A stretch of DNA of 64,000 bases from IMG/VR virus record IMGVR_UViG_3300021399_000113, positions 1-64,000 of that record. One strand, written 5' to 3'. A program made the translations under genes and the position numbers. A model generated the notes under the pieces. It made no database searches. It was not told the origin of the DNA and saw nothing but the letters and a program-made list of their open reading frames with translations. This DNA is from a virus (Duplodnaviria; Caudoviricetes). Every line of letters begins with the position of its first letter. Within the stretch, counting starts at the first letter, position 1. Below, one piece after another: positions 10,764 through 21,012 of the stretch.

Positions 10764-10979
10764 ATGATACAGATAATTAAAAAGGGCACAAGAACAAAAG
10801 TGACTTGTGAAGAGTGTGGGTGTGTATTCTCTTATGAAGAGGAAGACATAGAAAGTAGAACACATTTATTTTATGGGACACCTGAAACATTTATTAGATG
10901 CCCTCAGTGTGAATGTATTAAAATGCTTACACAACCAAGGGGCTTTACTATTGGCGGTGCGGAGGTTACCCCATTATGA
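10764..10979 (+). CDS. zinc-ribbon small protein
   Basis: CEEC and CPQC. Confidence 0.7.
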   Translation: MIQIIKKGTRTKVTCEECGCVFSYEEEDIESRTHLFYGTPETFIRCPQCECIKMLTQPRGFTIGGAEVTPL

Positions 10980-11251
10980 AAAAGAAAATAATTATTTTTA
11001 TTACTTGCTTGCTATTGATTTTATCGTTTGCTGGATGTAAGGTAACAACAACAAAGTATTCTGACGATGGGCATTGTGTCTATAGCAGATTTGTGGTGGT
11101 TGAAAAGTCTGAGAATCCCATTTCTGGAACTACATTTGTAGTATATGATGAGGATACAAAGGTGATGTACTATATCATTGATAATTACAATCAATGTGGC
11201 ATCACACCCATCTATAATTCAGATGGCACTATAAAAATCTACAAAAAGTAA
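10976..11251 (+). CDS. putative lipoprotein
   Basis: MKKK + hydrophobic signal + LSFAG-C lipobox. Confidence 0.7.
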   Translation: MKKKIIIFITCLLLILSFAGCKVTTTKYSDDGHCVYSRFVVVEKSENPISGTTFVVYDEDTKVMYYIIDNYNQCGITPIYNSDGTIKIYKK

Positions 11252-11256
11252 TCCTA

Positions 11257-11285
11257 TTGACAAATCTATTATTTTGTTATATAAT
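11257..11285 (+). promoter_or_regulatory. sigmaA-type promoter
   Basis: TTGACA-N17-TATAAT upstream of tRNA. Confidence 0.85.
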
Positions 11286-11306
11286 ATCTCTATGAAGTAG
11301 AGATAT

Positions 11307-11380
11307 GGGAATGTACCGCAGTTGGTGAGAGGGCTGGTCTTATAAACCAGTGGTCATGAGTTCGAGTCTCATCATTCCCA
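11307..11380 (+). tRNA. tRNA-Ile (anticodon UAU)
   Basis: Acceptor GGGAATG/CATTCCC+A; anticodon stem CTGGT/ACCAG, loop CT-TAT-AA; T arm ATGAG-TTCGAGT-CTCAT; no encoded CCA after discriminator. Confidence 0.92.
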
Positions 11381-11455
11381 TTTACGTTGGGTATCGTGAA
11401 TCCCTTTGCTGTGTTTTAAGACACTTGGTTGATACCCAATTTGGTGAGGTGTTGA

Positions 11456-11665
11456 ATGAAAAAAGATGAGTTGATGTCCCTTGTTGGTAAATGGGTGAAA
11501 GTATATTTTAAAGATGGTGATACAGCCACTGGTAAATTAGGATTTACATCAGAGTATAGCGGTTGGTTTGACTATCGTAAACCTAATTATTTTACAGTTA
11601 ACAATTGGGACTTTAAGGTGAGCCATATAAAGAAGGTTGAAGTAATTTATGGAAATAAATATTAA
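11456..11665 (+). CDS. hypothetical protein (Sm/SH3-like small beta protein?)
   Basis: GAGG RBS; VGKWVKVYFKDG...G.L pattern. Confidence 0.65.
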   Translation: MKKDELMSLVGKWVKVYFKDGDTATGKLGFTSEYSGWFDYRKPNYFTVNNWDFKVSHIKKVEVIYGNKY

Positions 11666-12065
11666 TGAATCCTTAAGATGTGTATGTGGTGGAACTATAA
11701 ATCCTATTACACATAAATGTGAGTATTGTGGGACAGATTATCGAAATAGATTTGTTAAAGATATATCGTATGTTCCGTATGATATAAATGTTGTAAAACT
11801 GAGTAGTAACGTAAAATTACCAGACCTATCACAGATGAGTGAGGCACAGTGTAGAGACGCTGTTTATAAAGCAATAGAGGCTATATCATTGGAATTAGCA
11901 CATAAGTTGTTGCCTTATATAAATTGGGATACACAAACTATGTTTGAAACATTTTCTGTCAAAACAGTGTTAAGTGGTGAATTAACCGCACACATTATGA
12001 CTGATATTAATAAGAATTATCATAAAGTATGTGATAAACTTATTAAAGATGAATACTACTATTGA
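11649..12065 (+). CDS. zinc-ribbon hypothetical protein
   Basis: CVCGG...CEYCG. Confidence 0.7.
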   Translation: MEININESLRCVCGGTINPITHKCEYCGTDYRNRFVKDISYVPYDINVVKLSSNVKLPDLSQMSEAQCRDAVYKAIEAISLELAHKLLPYINWDTQTMFETFSVKTVLSGELTAHIMTDINKNYHKVCDKLIKDEYYY

Positions 12066-12074
12066 GCTTTCATA

Positions 12075-12103
12075 TTGACAAATTGATTTTATTGTGATAT
12101 ACT
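12075..12103 (+). promoter_or_regulatory. sigmaA-type promoter
   Basis: TTGACA-N17-TATACT. Confidence 0.85.
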
Positions 12104-12137
12104 ATATCCATAAGTTAAAGATTTGGAGGTACTCACA

Positions 12138-12431
12138 ATGACAACAAGACATTATACGGCAGATAGGTCGGCAAGAGAGCAGTTTATTCAGAGTATTGGT
12201 GAAGGAAAAGTTATTCTGAAGAAGGTTGTTGATAAAGGTCACCCCAATGGTGCAGAAATTCACTGCATCACAGACAATGGAATTATTATTGTCTACAATG
12301 AAAGAACCAAGAGATTGGTTACAAAGTTGATTGCACGTCCTGCACAACTTCAGCGTTATTTCAATGTTGTTCCCAAAGAGTTATATGCTAAGGCTTTGGA
12401 GCACCAGAGATTGGGGTACAATTTGATTTAA
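12138..12431 (+). CDS. hypothetical protein
   Basis: GGAGG RBS before ATG 12138; own promoter and terminator. Confidence 0.8.
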   Translation: MTTRHYTADRSAREQFIQSIGEGKVILKKVVDKGHPNGAEIHCITDNGIIIVYNERTKRLVTKLIARPAQLQRYFNVVPKELYAKALEHQRLGYNLI

Positions 12432-12442
12432 GTATTAAACTT

Positions 12443-12473
12443 GAGCCACCATGAAAATGTGAGGCTCTTTTTT
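12443..12473 (+). terminator. rho-independent terminator
   Basis: GAGCC...GGCTC hairpin + T6. Confidence 0.7.
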
Positions 12474-12496
12474 GTAAGATATGGAGGAAATTAAAT

Positions 12497-13285
12497 GTGT
12501 TAGATGATATTTATAAAAGTTATAAAACCTCAGCCCAATTTATATCAGACTGGAGCACAATGAATAAAAATGATTTGGTCAATGCGTATGTTGATTGCAC
12601 TGATGACATTAAGCGTGAGCATTATATAGGAGCGATAGTATGTAGGTACTGGGGAATGCTGAAAGCAATGTACCAAAAATCCTATATGGCTATGACTGAA
12701 GAAGATTGCTATGATTGCTTTATAAGTGCTTTGCTATATTCTTTAGACCGCCAAGCATGGAGAAACCCAAGTAGCAAATTATATAATGACCCTAATGGAG
12801 CAGATAAGGCTATCAATGTTTGCATAGCAAGTCGAAGAAATACTTTCTTCCAACAGAATAATAGGTATAATCGTAAGATAAATCATGGGCTTGCATCCAT
12901 TGAGCAGTTACAAGAAGAGGCAAATGATGCTTTTATTCCAGCAGTTGACACTGTATCTGCATATAAGTCAAATGATACAAGCGATTTAGTTTGTAAGGTC
13001 TATGATGAGGGGAATAATATTTTTGCAATAATCGTTGACAAGATTTTTAATGATGATAATGTATTTGATTATTTCAAAGATACGTCAGAGAGTCAATTTA
13101 ATATTGATAAATTGATTAAATCTATCCGAGAAATGGGAGACGATTATTATACCTATTTTGCCGAAACCTACGGATATGATTTTGATGCAGTCAAGCGCAA
13201 TTTTTCGATTTATGCGGGAAAGCCTAAGTCCCTCATTAAGTCAGAAGTTGAATTTTGGATAAACACGTTAAATTATAAAAGGTAG
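12497..13285 (+). CDS. hypothetical protein, possible divergent sigma factor
   Basis: Weak region-2-like segment (IVCRYWGML..MYQK...EEDCYDCFISALL); CDS certain, function tentative. Confidence 0.4.
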   Translation: MLDDIYKSYKTSAQFISDWSTMNKNDLVNAYVDCTDDIKREHYIGAIVCRYWGMLKAMYQKSYMAMTEEDCYDCFISALLYSLDRQAWRNPSSKLYNDPNGADKAINVCIASRRNTFFQQNNRYNRKINHGLASIEQLQEEANDAFIPAVDTVSAYKSNDTSDLVCKVYDEGNNIFAIIVDKIFNDDNVFDYFKDTSESQFNIDKLIKSIREMGDDYYTYFAETYGYDFDAVKRNFSIYAGKPKSLIKSEVEFWINTLNYKR

Positions 13286-13288
13286 CTT

Positions 13289-14014
13289 ATGTTATTGGAT
13301 TTATTATCACCAAACAATCAAAAAACTTTTAATATTAAGCTTGCAAAGAAGATTGGGCTTATAGCCAGTATCTACATAAACGAATTGCTTGATATAAATG
13401 ATAAGGCATATCGAAAGAATACCATTGTTGATGGCTTTATTACTGTTGACAGAAAGTATATTGAAGACCAAATAACAATCTCAGCCAAAGAGCAATATGA
13501 GATTGATGACAATCTTGTTAAGTCTAAAATTCTGTGCATAAGTGATGACAATAAGGATTGTATCAAGTTGGATATGGAGATGCTTTGCGCTGTCTGTGAG
13601 TTTGATGCTAATACTACAAAAGAACTTGCTAAGCAGATGAAGGTGAAATCCAAGAAGACCAAGCAAGAATATAATGTAGACACCCTCATGAATCATGTGA
13701 AGTGTAAAAATACTGAATTACGTACTGCATACTTTAACTGGCTTACAGCAGTAGTATTAAAGCATGGCTTACAGACAGTAGCCTTGATAGAATCCACAGA
13801 AAAGAGAATTGATGAGTATTCCCAAATGGATTTAGACGTTGCTTTATGGGTATTAGATAAAGCAATGACAAATCAGTGGAAGGACGTGGATTGGGCGATA
13901 AAAGCACATAAGGAGTTGACAAATCCGACAAGATATGGTAATATAAGAGGAAATAGTCAACAAACAATGAAGAAGAATGTTGCAACTACACAGTTGTCTA
14001 ACGAGGGATTTTAA
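13289..14014 (+). CDS. putative replication initiator (replisome organiser-like)
   Basis: wHTH-like N-terminus (FNIKLAKKIGLIASIYINEL); directly upstream of DnaC/DnaB. Confidence 0.55.
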   Translation: MLLDLLSPNNQKTFNIKLAKKIGLIASIYINELLDINDKAYRKNTIVDGFITVDRKYIEDQITISAKEQYEIDDNLVKSKILCISDDNKDCIKLDMEMLCAVCEFDANTTKELAKQMKVKSKKTKQEYNVDTLMNHVKCKNTELRTAYFNWLTAVVLKHGLQTVALIESTEKRIDEYSQMDLDVALWVLDKAMTNQWKDVDWAIKAHKELTNPTRYGNIRGNSQQTMKKNVATTQLSNEGF

Positions 14015-14706
14015 TGTATAGTGATGAATGCTTTTTAAAGGACAGATGTAAGCGCTACCAAAAGCATAAAGATGAGTGTGAATCCCATACTACGTGTGAG
14101 AAATTACTGAGATATGAAATTCTTTATAATAATGCCTTTTTAACGGAGAATCAGCGTAAACGTATAACTCTATACCCAGATGCGGACGGACGTGATAGAG
14201 AGGCATTTATGACGTTAAAACAGTGGCAAGATAACATCGAACAAGCAGTTAAAGAAAATCATAATCTTTATATCTGGTCGGAATTTGCTGGAAATGGTAA
14301 AACAAGTTGGGCTATTAAGTTAGTGCAAGCCTATATTGATGCCATATGGCATACCACCATTTCCACTAAGGTAATGTTTATAAACGTCCCAAAGTTTTTT
14401 ATAGAACTGAAGAGTAACATATCTGCGGAAAGTGCATATATTAAAAGTATAAATGAAAATATATTCAAGGCTGATTTAGTGGTATGGGATGATATTGGTA
14501 CTAAATCAAGCTCTGCATTTGAGACTGAAAATCTTTATAATCTAATCAATATGCGTACTGACTTGGGCAAAACTAATTTTTATACATCAAATGTTGCCCC
14601 CGATAAGTTAGGAGAGTTTTTAGGTGAGAGATTGGGTTCTCGTGTAGGCACTGGAAGTACATGCATACATCTTGTCGGGTCAGATAAAAGGGGGTTAGGT
14701 AGATAA
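14014..14706 (+). CDS. dnaC: DnaC/IstB-like helicase loader ATPase
   Basis: Walker A GNGKT, LVVWDDIG, TSN, R..SR, G.DKR. Confidence 0.88.
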   Translation: MYSDECFLKDRCKRYQKHKDECESHTTCEKLLRYEILYNNAFLTENQRKRITLYPDADGRDREAFMTLKQWQDNIEQAVKENHNLYIWSEFAGNGKTSWAIKLVQAYIDAIWHTTISTKVMFINVPKFFIELKSNISAESAYIKSINENIFKADLVVWDDIGTKSSSAFETENLYNLINMRTDLGKTNFYTSNVAPDKLGEFLGERLGSRVGTGSTCIHLVGSDKRGLGR

Positions 14707-15986
14707 TGATACAGTGTCAAGTTCTTAATGCGGTTCTTGACAGAAAAGATACTCAGTTATTATCTGCCAATAATATAACTCAAGACTTCTTTTCTGATTA
14801 CAAGGACGAGTACAAATATATTGTTGACCACATCAGCAAATATAATACAGTTCCAGACAAAGAAACATTTTTATCAAAGTTTCCAAACTTTGATATAATC
14901 AGTGTAAATGAAACAAATCAAGCACTGATTGATGCTTTATATAGTGATAAAATATTCCGAACATCTGTCTATAATTTCAATGATATTCGTGATAGCCTTA
15001 ATTCAAAAGATATTCAAGGGCTGTTACATAAATATCAAAGAGCTTATGAACAGTTGTCGAAAACAACAAGCCTTACATTTACCGATATTGTAAGCAATAC
15101 ACAAGAAAGATATGATACTTATTTAGATAAATGTAATAATTTATCATCCTATTATGTAACAACTGGTTTCCCAGAACTTGATAAAGTGATTGGCGGTTGG
15201 GACAGAAAAGAAGATTATGTAACAATTGTTGCCAAGTCTAACACAGGTAAGACGTTTATTCTGTTGAAATCCGCACTCTGTGCTTCAATAGCTGGCTTAC
15301 GTGTGGGTATCTATTCTGGTGAAATGTCTGCTAATAAGGTAGGTTATCGTATTGATACACTTGCTACCAACATTAGTAACTATGGCATAATGCATGGTGA
15401 TATTAATCTCCGTGATTCCTATAAAGATGCATTAGAGGAATTGCAGAAGAAATGTAGAGCACCTATTTTTGTATTGACACCAAAGGATATTGGTGGTCTT
15501 GCAGATGTAAATACTTTACGAGCATTTATTTCAAAGGCTGAGTTGGACATACTTTTTATTGACCAACACTCACTGCTTGAAGATGTTCGTGGGGCAAAAG
15601 ATTCTGTAACTAAAGCAAGTAATGTGTCTAAAGACTTAAAGACACTTCAGAGCACTACGGGTATTCCACTTATCACTGTTTCTCAGCAAAATCGTACTAA
15701 ACTTGATGATGGTGGCAAGAAAACTGATACTATTGCACAATCTGATAGAATTGGACAAGATAGTACAATAGTTATCTTCCTTGAGTATGACAATAACGTA
15801 TTATCAATGATTTTATCAAAATCACGAGATAGCGCAAAGGATTTAACATTGAAGTATGCTTGGGACATTAACTTTGGTAAATTTATTTATATGCCAGAGT
15901 CAGATGATGCTACGGGTGGTGACCAGTGTAATGACCTTAAAAAGCACTTTGACGAATGTGATGGTGAAGATGATACATTCAATTAA
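14706..15986 (+). CDS. dnaB: replicative DNA helicase
   Basis: AKSNTGKT, SGEM, FIDQ, VSQQNR, IGQDS, KSRD. Confidence 0.92.
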   Translation: MIQCQVLNAVLDRKDTQLLSANNITQDFFSDYKDEYKYIVDHISKYNTVPDKETFLSKFPNFDIISVNETNQALIDALYSDKIFRTSVYNFNDIRDSLNSKDIQGLLHKYQRAYEQLSKTTSLTFTDIVSNTQERYDTYLDKCNNLSSYYVTTGFPELDKVIGGWDRKEDYVTIVAKSNTGKTFILLKSALCASIAGLRVGIYSGEMSANKVGYRIDTLATNISNYGIMHGDINLRDSYKDALEELQKKCRAPIFVLTPKDIGGLADVNTLRAFISKAELDILFIDQHSLLEDVRGAKDSVTKASNVSKDLKTLQSTTGIPLITVSQQNRTKLDDGGKKTDTIAQSDRIGQDSTIVIFLEYDNNVLSMILSKSRDSAKDLTLKYAWDINFGKFIYMPESDDATGGDQCNDLKKHFDECDGEDDTFN

Positions 15987-15989
15987 GTA

Positions 15990-16018
15990 TTGACAGATTG
16001 AACGTTTTGTGATATAAT
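15990..16018 (+). promoter_or_regulatory. sigmaA-type promoter overlapping primase ATG
   Basis: TTGACA-N17-TATAAT. Confidence 0.7.
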
Positions 16019-16979
16019 GGAATTACGAATAGGCAATAAGATAATAGATGAAGACATGGAGGTAATTCTTAAAGATTTAAGGAATGAATTACCCTATGGA
16101 TACTTTCGAGATATAAAGAGGGGTGGGCAGAGTTCGTTGCTCGTGTCTTGCCCCTCTCATAAAGGTGGGCAAGAGAACCACGCAAGCTGTCTTTGTTGCA
16201 GTGTGCAAGATGACCCTAAGTTTGAATATGGGGAAATGCACTGCTTAGCATGTGGATATACCAAAAAGTTGCCAGAGGTAATTGCTGACTTATTTGGGTC
16301 TTCTGTGTCTGTGGCAGAGCAGTGGTTGATTGACCATTATGGTGATGTGTTCGTTGAGAAGTCCCAATTCTTTAAGGGATATGAAATAGAAACTTCTAAG
16401 CAGTATGGTGATGAGTCTGAACTTGAAAAGTACAGATACTATCATCCATACATGTATCAACGAAAGCTCACCAATCCCATTATTGAAAAATTTGATATTG
16501 GATATGATAGCGAAACGAATTCCCTAACATTCCCAGTGTGGGATGCTAAAGGGCATTATCTTTTTGTAACTAAACGTAATGTAAGCAACAAACAATTCTT
16601 TATACCAAAGGACGTTGAAAAACCAGTATATCTCTTGAACTTTGTGCTACAAGAGGGATATGATGAGGTCTATGTGTGTGAGTCACAGATTAATGCATTA
16701 ACCTTATGGACATATGGATTGCCTGCAATAGCTCTTTTTGGAACAGGCACATATGAACAGATACAGATATTAAATAAGAGTGGCATAAGGCATTTTATAC
16801 TGTGCTTTGACCCAGATGATGCTGGTCTAAAGGGTATTAACAGATTCCTACATTATGTGAAGAAAGATGCCCTTGTAGACGTTGTGAAGTTCCCAAAAGA
16901 ACGAGATGTAAATGATTTATCTCAGCAAGAATTTATGTATTGCCGAGATAAAGCTCTTAATTCGAATATAACTGTGTGA
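16017..16979 (+). CDS. dnaG: DNA primase
   Basis: CPSH...CLAC zinc domain; TOPRIM VCES and FDPDDAG, DVND. Confidence 0.9.
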   Translation: MELRIGNKIIDEDMEVILKDLRNELPYGYFRDIKRGGQSSLLVSCPSHKGGQENHASCLCCSVQDDPKFEYGEMHCLACGYTKKLPEVIADLFGSSVSVAEQWLIDHYGDVFVEKSQFFKGYEIETSKQYGDESELEKYRYYHPYMYQRKLTNPIIEKFDIGYDSETNSLTFPVWDAKGHYLFVTKRNVSNKQFFIPKDVEKPVYLLNFVLQEGYDEVYVCESQINALTLWTYGLPAIALFGTGTYEQIQILNKSGIRHFILCFDPDDAGLKGINRFLHYVKKDALVDVVKFPKERDVNDLSQQEFMYCRDKALNSNITV

Positions 16980-17059
16980 TAAGCACAGTATATTTTACAT
17001 ATATTAATTTTATATAAATAACCTATTAGATTTTATCAGATTATAAGGAGAAAAACAAA

Positions 17060-17893
17060 ATGTCAAAAGTAAATTCATTTGATGATGTACAGAGTGGTGG
17101 TAATAGTGCTTTTACTGGACTTCCCAATCTTAAGTTGGCTGATGATAATGATTATGCAATCGTTAGAATTATGCACGAAAATATTGATTCCCTTGAGATT
17201 CACAATGTGCACAGTCTTGAAATCAACACCCCTACTGGTAAGAAGTTCTATTCCACAGTAGATTGTCTCAGAGAGGCAAACGAATCTCCAGACAAGTGCC
17301 CTCTTTGCAATGCTGGCTATAAGTTAGCAACACAGGTACTTATTCATTTGCTTGAGTATCAGTCAGATAAACACGGCAATCAGAATTGCGAACCAGTTGT
17401 TTGGGCAAGAACTGCAATTTGGGTAAAGAACAATATTCTTTCACTTTTTGCAACTTATGGCGAGAGCCTTCCCAATGTACTGTTTAAGATAACACGTCAT
17501 GGTAAGAAGGGTGACCAGACAACAAAGTATACCATTGAGGCAATGCCCGAAACACTTGGTGGAAAGCCTACTCAGTGGACAGACGCAAACTATCCGTTCC
17601 CAGAAGAAAATCCTTTTGATGGATATGAAGAAGTTGGTGAACGTTCCAACATTTGCTCTAAATCCTTTGAGGATATGGAGTATTTCTTGCAGAATGGTAA
17701 TTTCCCTTTTGGAAATAATACCAACACATCAAATGCAAATAATGCTGGTGGTGATAGACAGTATATGCAGTCAAATGTAGAGGATGAAGAACTTCCTTTT
17801 GACTCAACACCTACTACTCCAACACCTCCAGCAAATTCACAGCCTTGGAAGAGAACAGTAGGTGGAAACACTGGAGTTCGCAGATACAATTAA
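17060..17893 (+). CDS. single-stranded DNA-binding protein (gp32-like)
   Basis: H...C...CPLC zinc site, KITRHG...T.Y, acidic DEELPF tail; between primase and polymerase. Confidence 0.75.
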   Translation: MSKVNSFDDVQSGGNSAFTGLPNLKLADDNDYAIVRIMHENIDSLEIHNVHSLEINTPTGKKFYSTVDCLREANESPDKCPLCNAGYKLATQVLIHLLEYQSDKHGNQNCEPVVWARTAIWVKNNILSLFATYGESLPNVLFKITRHGKKGDQTTKYTIEAMPETLGGKPTQWTDANYPFPEENPFDGYEEVGERSNICSKSFEDMEYFLQNGNFPFGNNTNTSNANNAGGDRQYMQSNVEDEELPFDSTPTTPTPPANSQPWKRTVGGNTGVRRYN

Positions 17894-17904
17894 ATTGAGG
17901 TTAA

Positions 17905-19443
17905 ATGGAACAACTTAACTTATGGGGGGATGCTTTCAAAATTGAGCCATCCCCTCAATCTGTAAAAAAGATAAAAAATAAAGTTAATAATCCGAAAAAT
18001 CCAAAGGTAGTTACAGAAAAAATAATCAACTCAAAGTCTGTAAGCATATTTGACAAAATGAATTTGGTAGAATCAGAAGTTTACAGAATTTTGGGTAAAT
18101 ACAGAGAAAATACCAGAATAATAGATAATTATGATGATTTTGTAAAGTATTGTGATGCTATTATTAAAAATGGTATTTGTGCGATAGATACAGAGACTAA
18201 CAACTCTCTTGATTATCTCACATGTAAACTGATGGGATTATGTCTTTATATTCCATCAGATAAGAACGTTTATATCCCAGTAAATCACTGTCGATTAGAC
18301 CAGTACGCTAAAGATTATCAAGGTGAGCGTTTACCTTGGCAAATTACTGAGGAACAAATCAGAATACAGTTACAGCGATTAGTTGATAATCATGTAAAGT
18401 TTATTTTCCACAATGGAAAGTTTGACTATCAAGTAATTTGGTGTACGTGTGGTATCAAGTTACCAATATATTGGGACACTCTGATAGGCGCTCGTATGCT
18501 CAATGAAAATGAGCCAGCGGGTCTGAAAGTACAGTACATCGGAAAGATAGACAGTTCAATCGAAAAGTATGATATTGAGAAGCTTTTCGCAAAACTTCCT
18601 TACGCAATTTTTGACCCTAAACTCTTCGCATTATATTCAGCAACAGATGCATTTATGACCTATAAGTTATATCTGTATCAGTTAGAGCAGTTTATGAGAC
18701 CAGAAAATGCAAAACTTTTCAAGTGCTTTATGGACGTTGAGATGCAATGTGTAATTCCGTTTGCAGAAATGGAGCTGTATGGTGTAGGGGTTGATTTTGA
18801 ATATGCTAAGGAATTGAGCAAGCATTATCATCGACTGTATGATGATTTAACGTTTGAGACTGAGGGAGTATTAAACAAGTACCAAGATGAAATCTATCTT
18901 TGGAGACAAAAGCCTTCTGCTACTTATAAGCCTTGGATTTTTATGAATACCCATAAAAATGCTGATGGCAAGGCAGAAATAGCCACTATAAATGGGGTAA
19001 AGTGTAAGTGGTCTACATATCCAGAACAGTCACCTATGACCATTCCTTCCAATCTGTCATTAAAATTTGCAAAATCAAAATCAGAGCAATTATCTGACCC
19101 AGTTACAGTTGATTCCTTAAATAGCCCAACACAGTTAGCAATCCTTTTGTATGATGTGCTTGGGGTGGAAGAGGGAGCTGGTGATGAAGAGGCTGATAAA
19201 AAGAAAAAGGATTATGTACCATCAAGAAGCACTGGTGAAGAAGCCTTAAAGAAAATAGATGATAAATATAGTCTTCCAATTCTTAAACAAGTGTTAAAAA
19301 TGCGTGAATTAAATAAGTTAATTAACACTTATATTGAGAAGATACCGAGTTCTGTATCAGTTGTAGATAATAGAGTACACACCCACTTTAATCAGTTAGG
19401 GGCAGATACTGGAAGAACGAGTTCAAGTGACCCGATTAACCTT
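17905..19443 (+). CDS. polA: family A DNA polymerase, exon 1 (3'-5' exonuclease to TGRTSSSDPINL)
   Basis: DTET, FHNGKFD, YSATDA exonuclease motifs; NSPTQL; TGR.SS. Confidence 0.93.
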
Positions 19444-20727
19444 TAACTTTGGAGGCATACAACAGTGATGTTGTATGACAAAACCCCGTTAATTCATGGA
19501 ACGGATTTAGGATTAAAAGTCCCAATCATGAGCCAAGCCGTAAAGAAATATTACGGAAAGGTGCAACGACTACCTACTGAGGGATAAAACCAATAACTGT
19601 AGGCACGAAAGCGGGGCAACTTTATATAACAGTTGTAAATTGGAATTTTCTATAACATTGTATATATTATTATAAGGAGAATGTATATAATGAGAAAGAT
19701 TATAATTCCAAAAGATACTTTAATCAATAGAATTCAAATCGAATGTAAAACTTTTAAGGACGTAGCTGATGAGTTCAATACAATACCTTCGGTGGTGTCA
19801 AGGTTGTGTAAATCCTATGGTATCTCTAAGCCACATGGGTGGAAATATGGTAAATCATTTATCACAAACCATACTGAAATCACATCTGATTGGCTCATGG
19901 AACATTGGGTTAACACATCGTTAAGTTTACATGAATTATCAGAAAAATTTAATGTTTCAGAATCTTTACTGGAATTTCGTACAAAGAAATTTGGACTTAC
20001 GAAAAAATATAAACATCGGTTTAATACTGAGAAATTATATGATTTATCAGACCCTCACGTATTCTATCTTGCTGGTTTAGTAGCCACTGATGGATATTTA
20101 AACAAGGGAAAAAATTCAATAGAGATTGATTTAACTGGTGACTCTGAAAAGGATTTATTAGTTGACATTAAAGATTATTATGAGATGTCTGCTGAGGTTG
20201 TAACCTATAATAAATCCAATAGGTTAAGATTTGCTGAAGAATCTCTAACAGAATTTTTTAGAGAAAATTTTAATATATCAGATGGGGCTAAAACATTTTC
20301 TGTTGGAACTATTCCTAACTTTACATCAGAAAATTTAGCCAAAGCCTATGTGCTGGGTTGTTTTGACGGTGACGGGTCAATTTCTTGGTCTACACAACAA
20401 AACCGCCACCACCTTACCCATTACTTAAATGTTCAACTTTGTACTGCATCATACGATTTTGTGTATGGGTTAAAGCAGATAATTGATAAATATACTGATT
20501 TGAATATAAGTTTTACAACTGTTGGAGATAAATATTATAGAATATCAGCATCCTATAGAAAAGCACAAAAACTATTAGGTTGGATGTATTCGGTTGATAA
20601 TTGCTTTTCATTAAGGAGAAAGCGTGATATTTATTTATCTCATAAAGTTGATGATATAGTCTAAACTGTAGTGAAATCCTAAATAACTACAGAGGATAGG
20701 ATAAAGAGCCTATCGTTAATATGATTG
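19444..20727 (+). mobile_element. group I intron in polA, endonuclease ORF in L8
   Basis: P1 CCTT/GGAGG with U-G at splice site; P10 CAAA/TTTG; P3 CCCCGTT/AGCGGGG; P7 GACTA/TAGTC; terminal G; splicing restores DPINL|QNIP. Confidence 0.92.
19681..20664 (+). CDS. LAGLIDADG homing endonuclease (two motifs, N-terminal HTH-like repeats)
   Basis: YLAGLVATDG and YVLGCFDGDG. Confidence 0.92.
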   Translation: MYIMRKIIIPKDTLINRIQIECKTFKDVADEFNTIPSVVSRLCKSYGISKPHGWKYGKSFITNHTEITSDWLMEHWVNTSLSLHELSEKFNVSESLLEFRTKKFGLTKKYKHRFNTEKLYDLSDPHVFYLAGLVATDGYLNKGKNSIEIDLTGDSEKDLLVDIKDYYEMSAEVVTYNKSNRLRFAEESLTEFFRENFNISDGAKTFSVGTIPNFTSENLAKAYVLGCFDGDGSISWSTQQNRHHLTHYLNVQLCTASYDFVYGLKQIIDKYTDLNISFTTVGDKYYRISASYRKAQKLLGWMYSVDNCFSLRRKRDIYLSHKVDDIV

Positions 20728-21012
20728 CAAAACATACCATCCCATGTACATAGCGTTAGACCTTTGTTTAAGGCAAAAGATGGATATGTGTTTGTTGGGT
20801 CAGACTTTTCGGCACAAGAACCAAGATTATTAACGTACTATTCAAAGGATGCAAGTATGTATGAGGCATACAAAAATGGTAAAGATTTGTATGCGGTTAT
20901 TGGTTCTATTGCCTTTAAGAATAATTATGAGGACAATCTTGAGTTCCGAGATGGAGTGCTTTATTCTGAGGGAAAACGAAGAAGAAGTCAATGCAAGTCC
21001 ATATTATTGGGT
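20728..21012 (+). CDS. polA: family A DNA polymerase, exon 2 (motifs A and B)
   Basis: QNIP, DFSAQEPR, DLY, R..CKSILLG. Confidence 0.93.
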
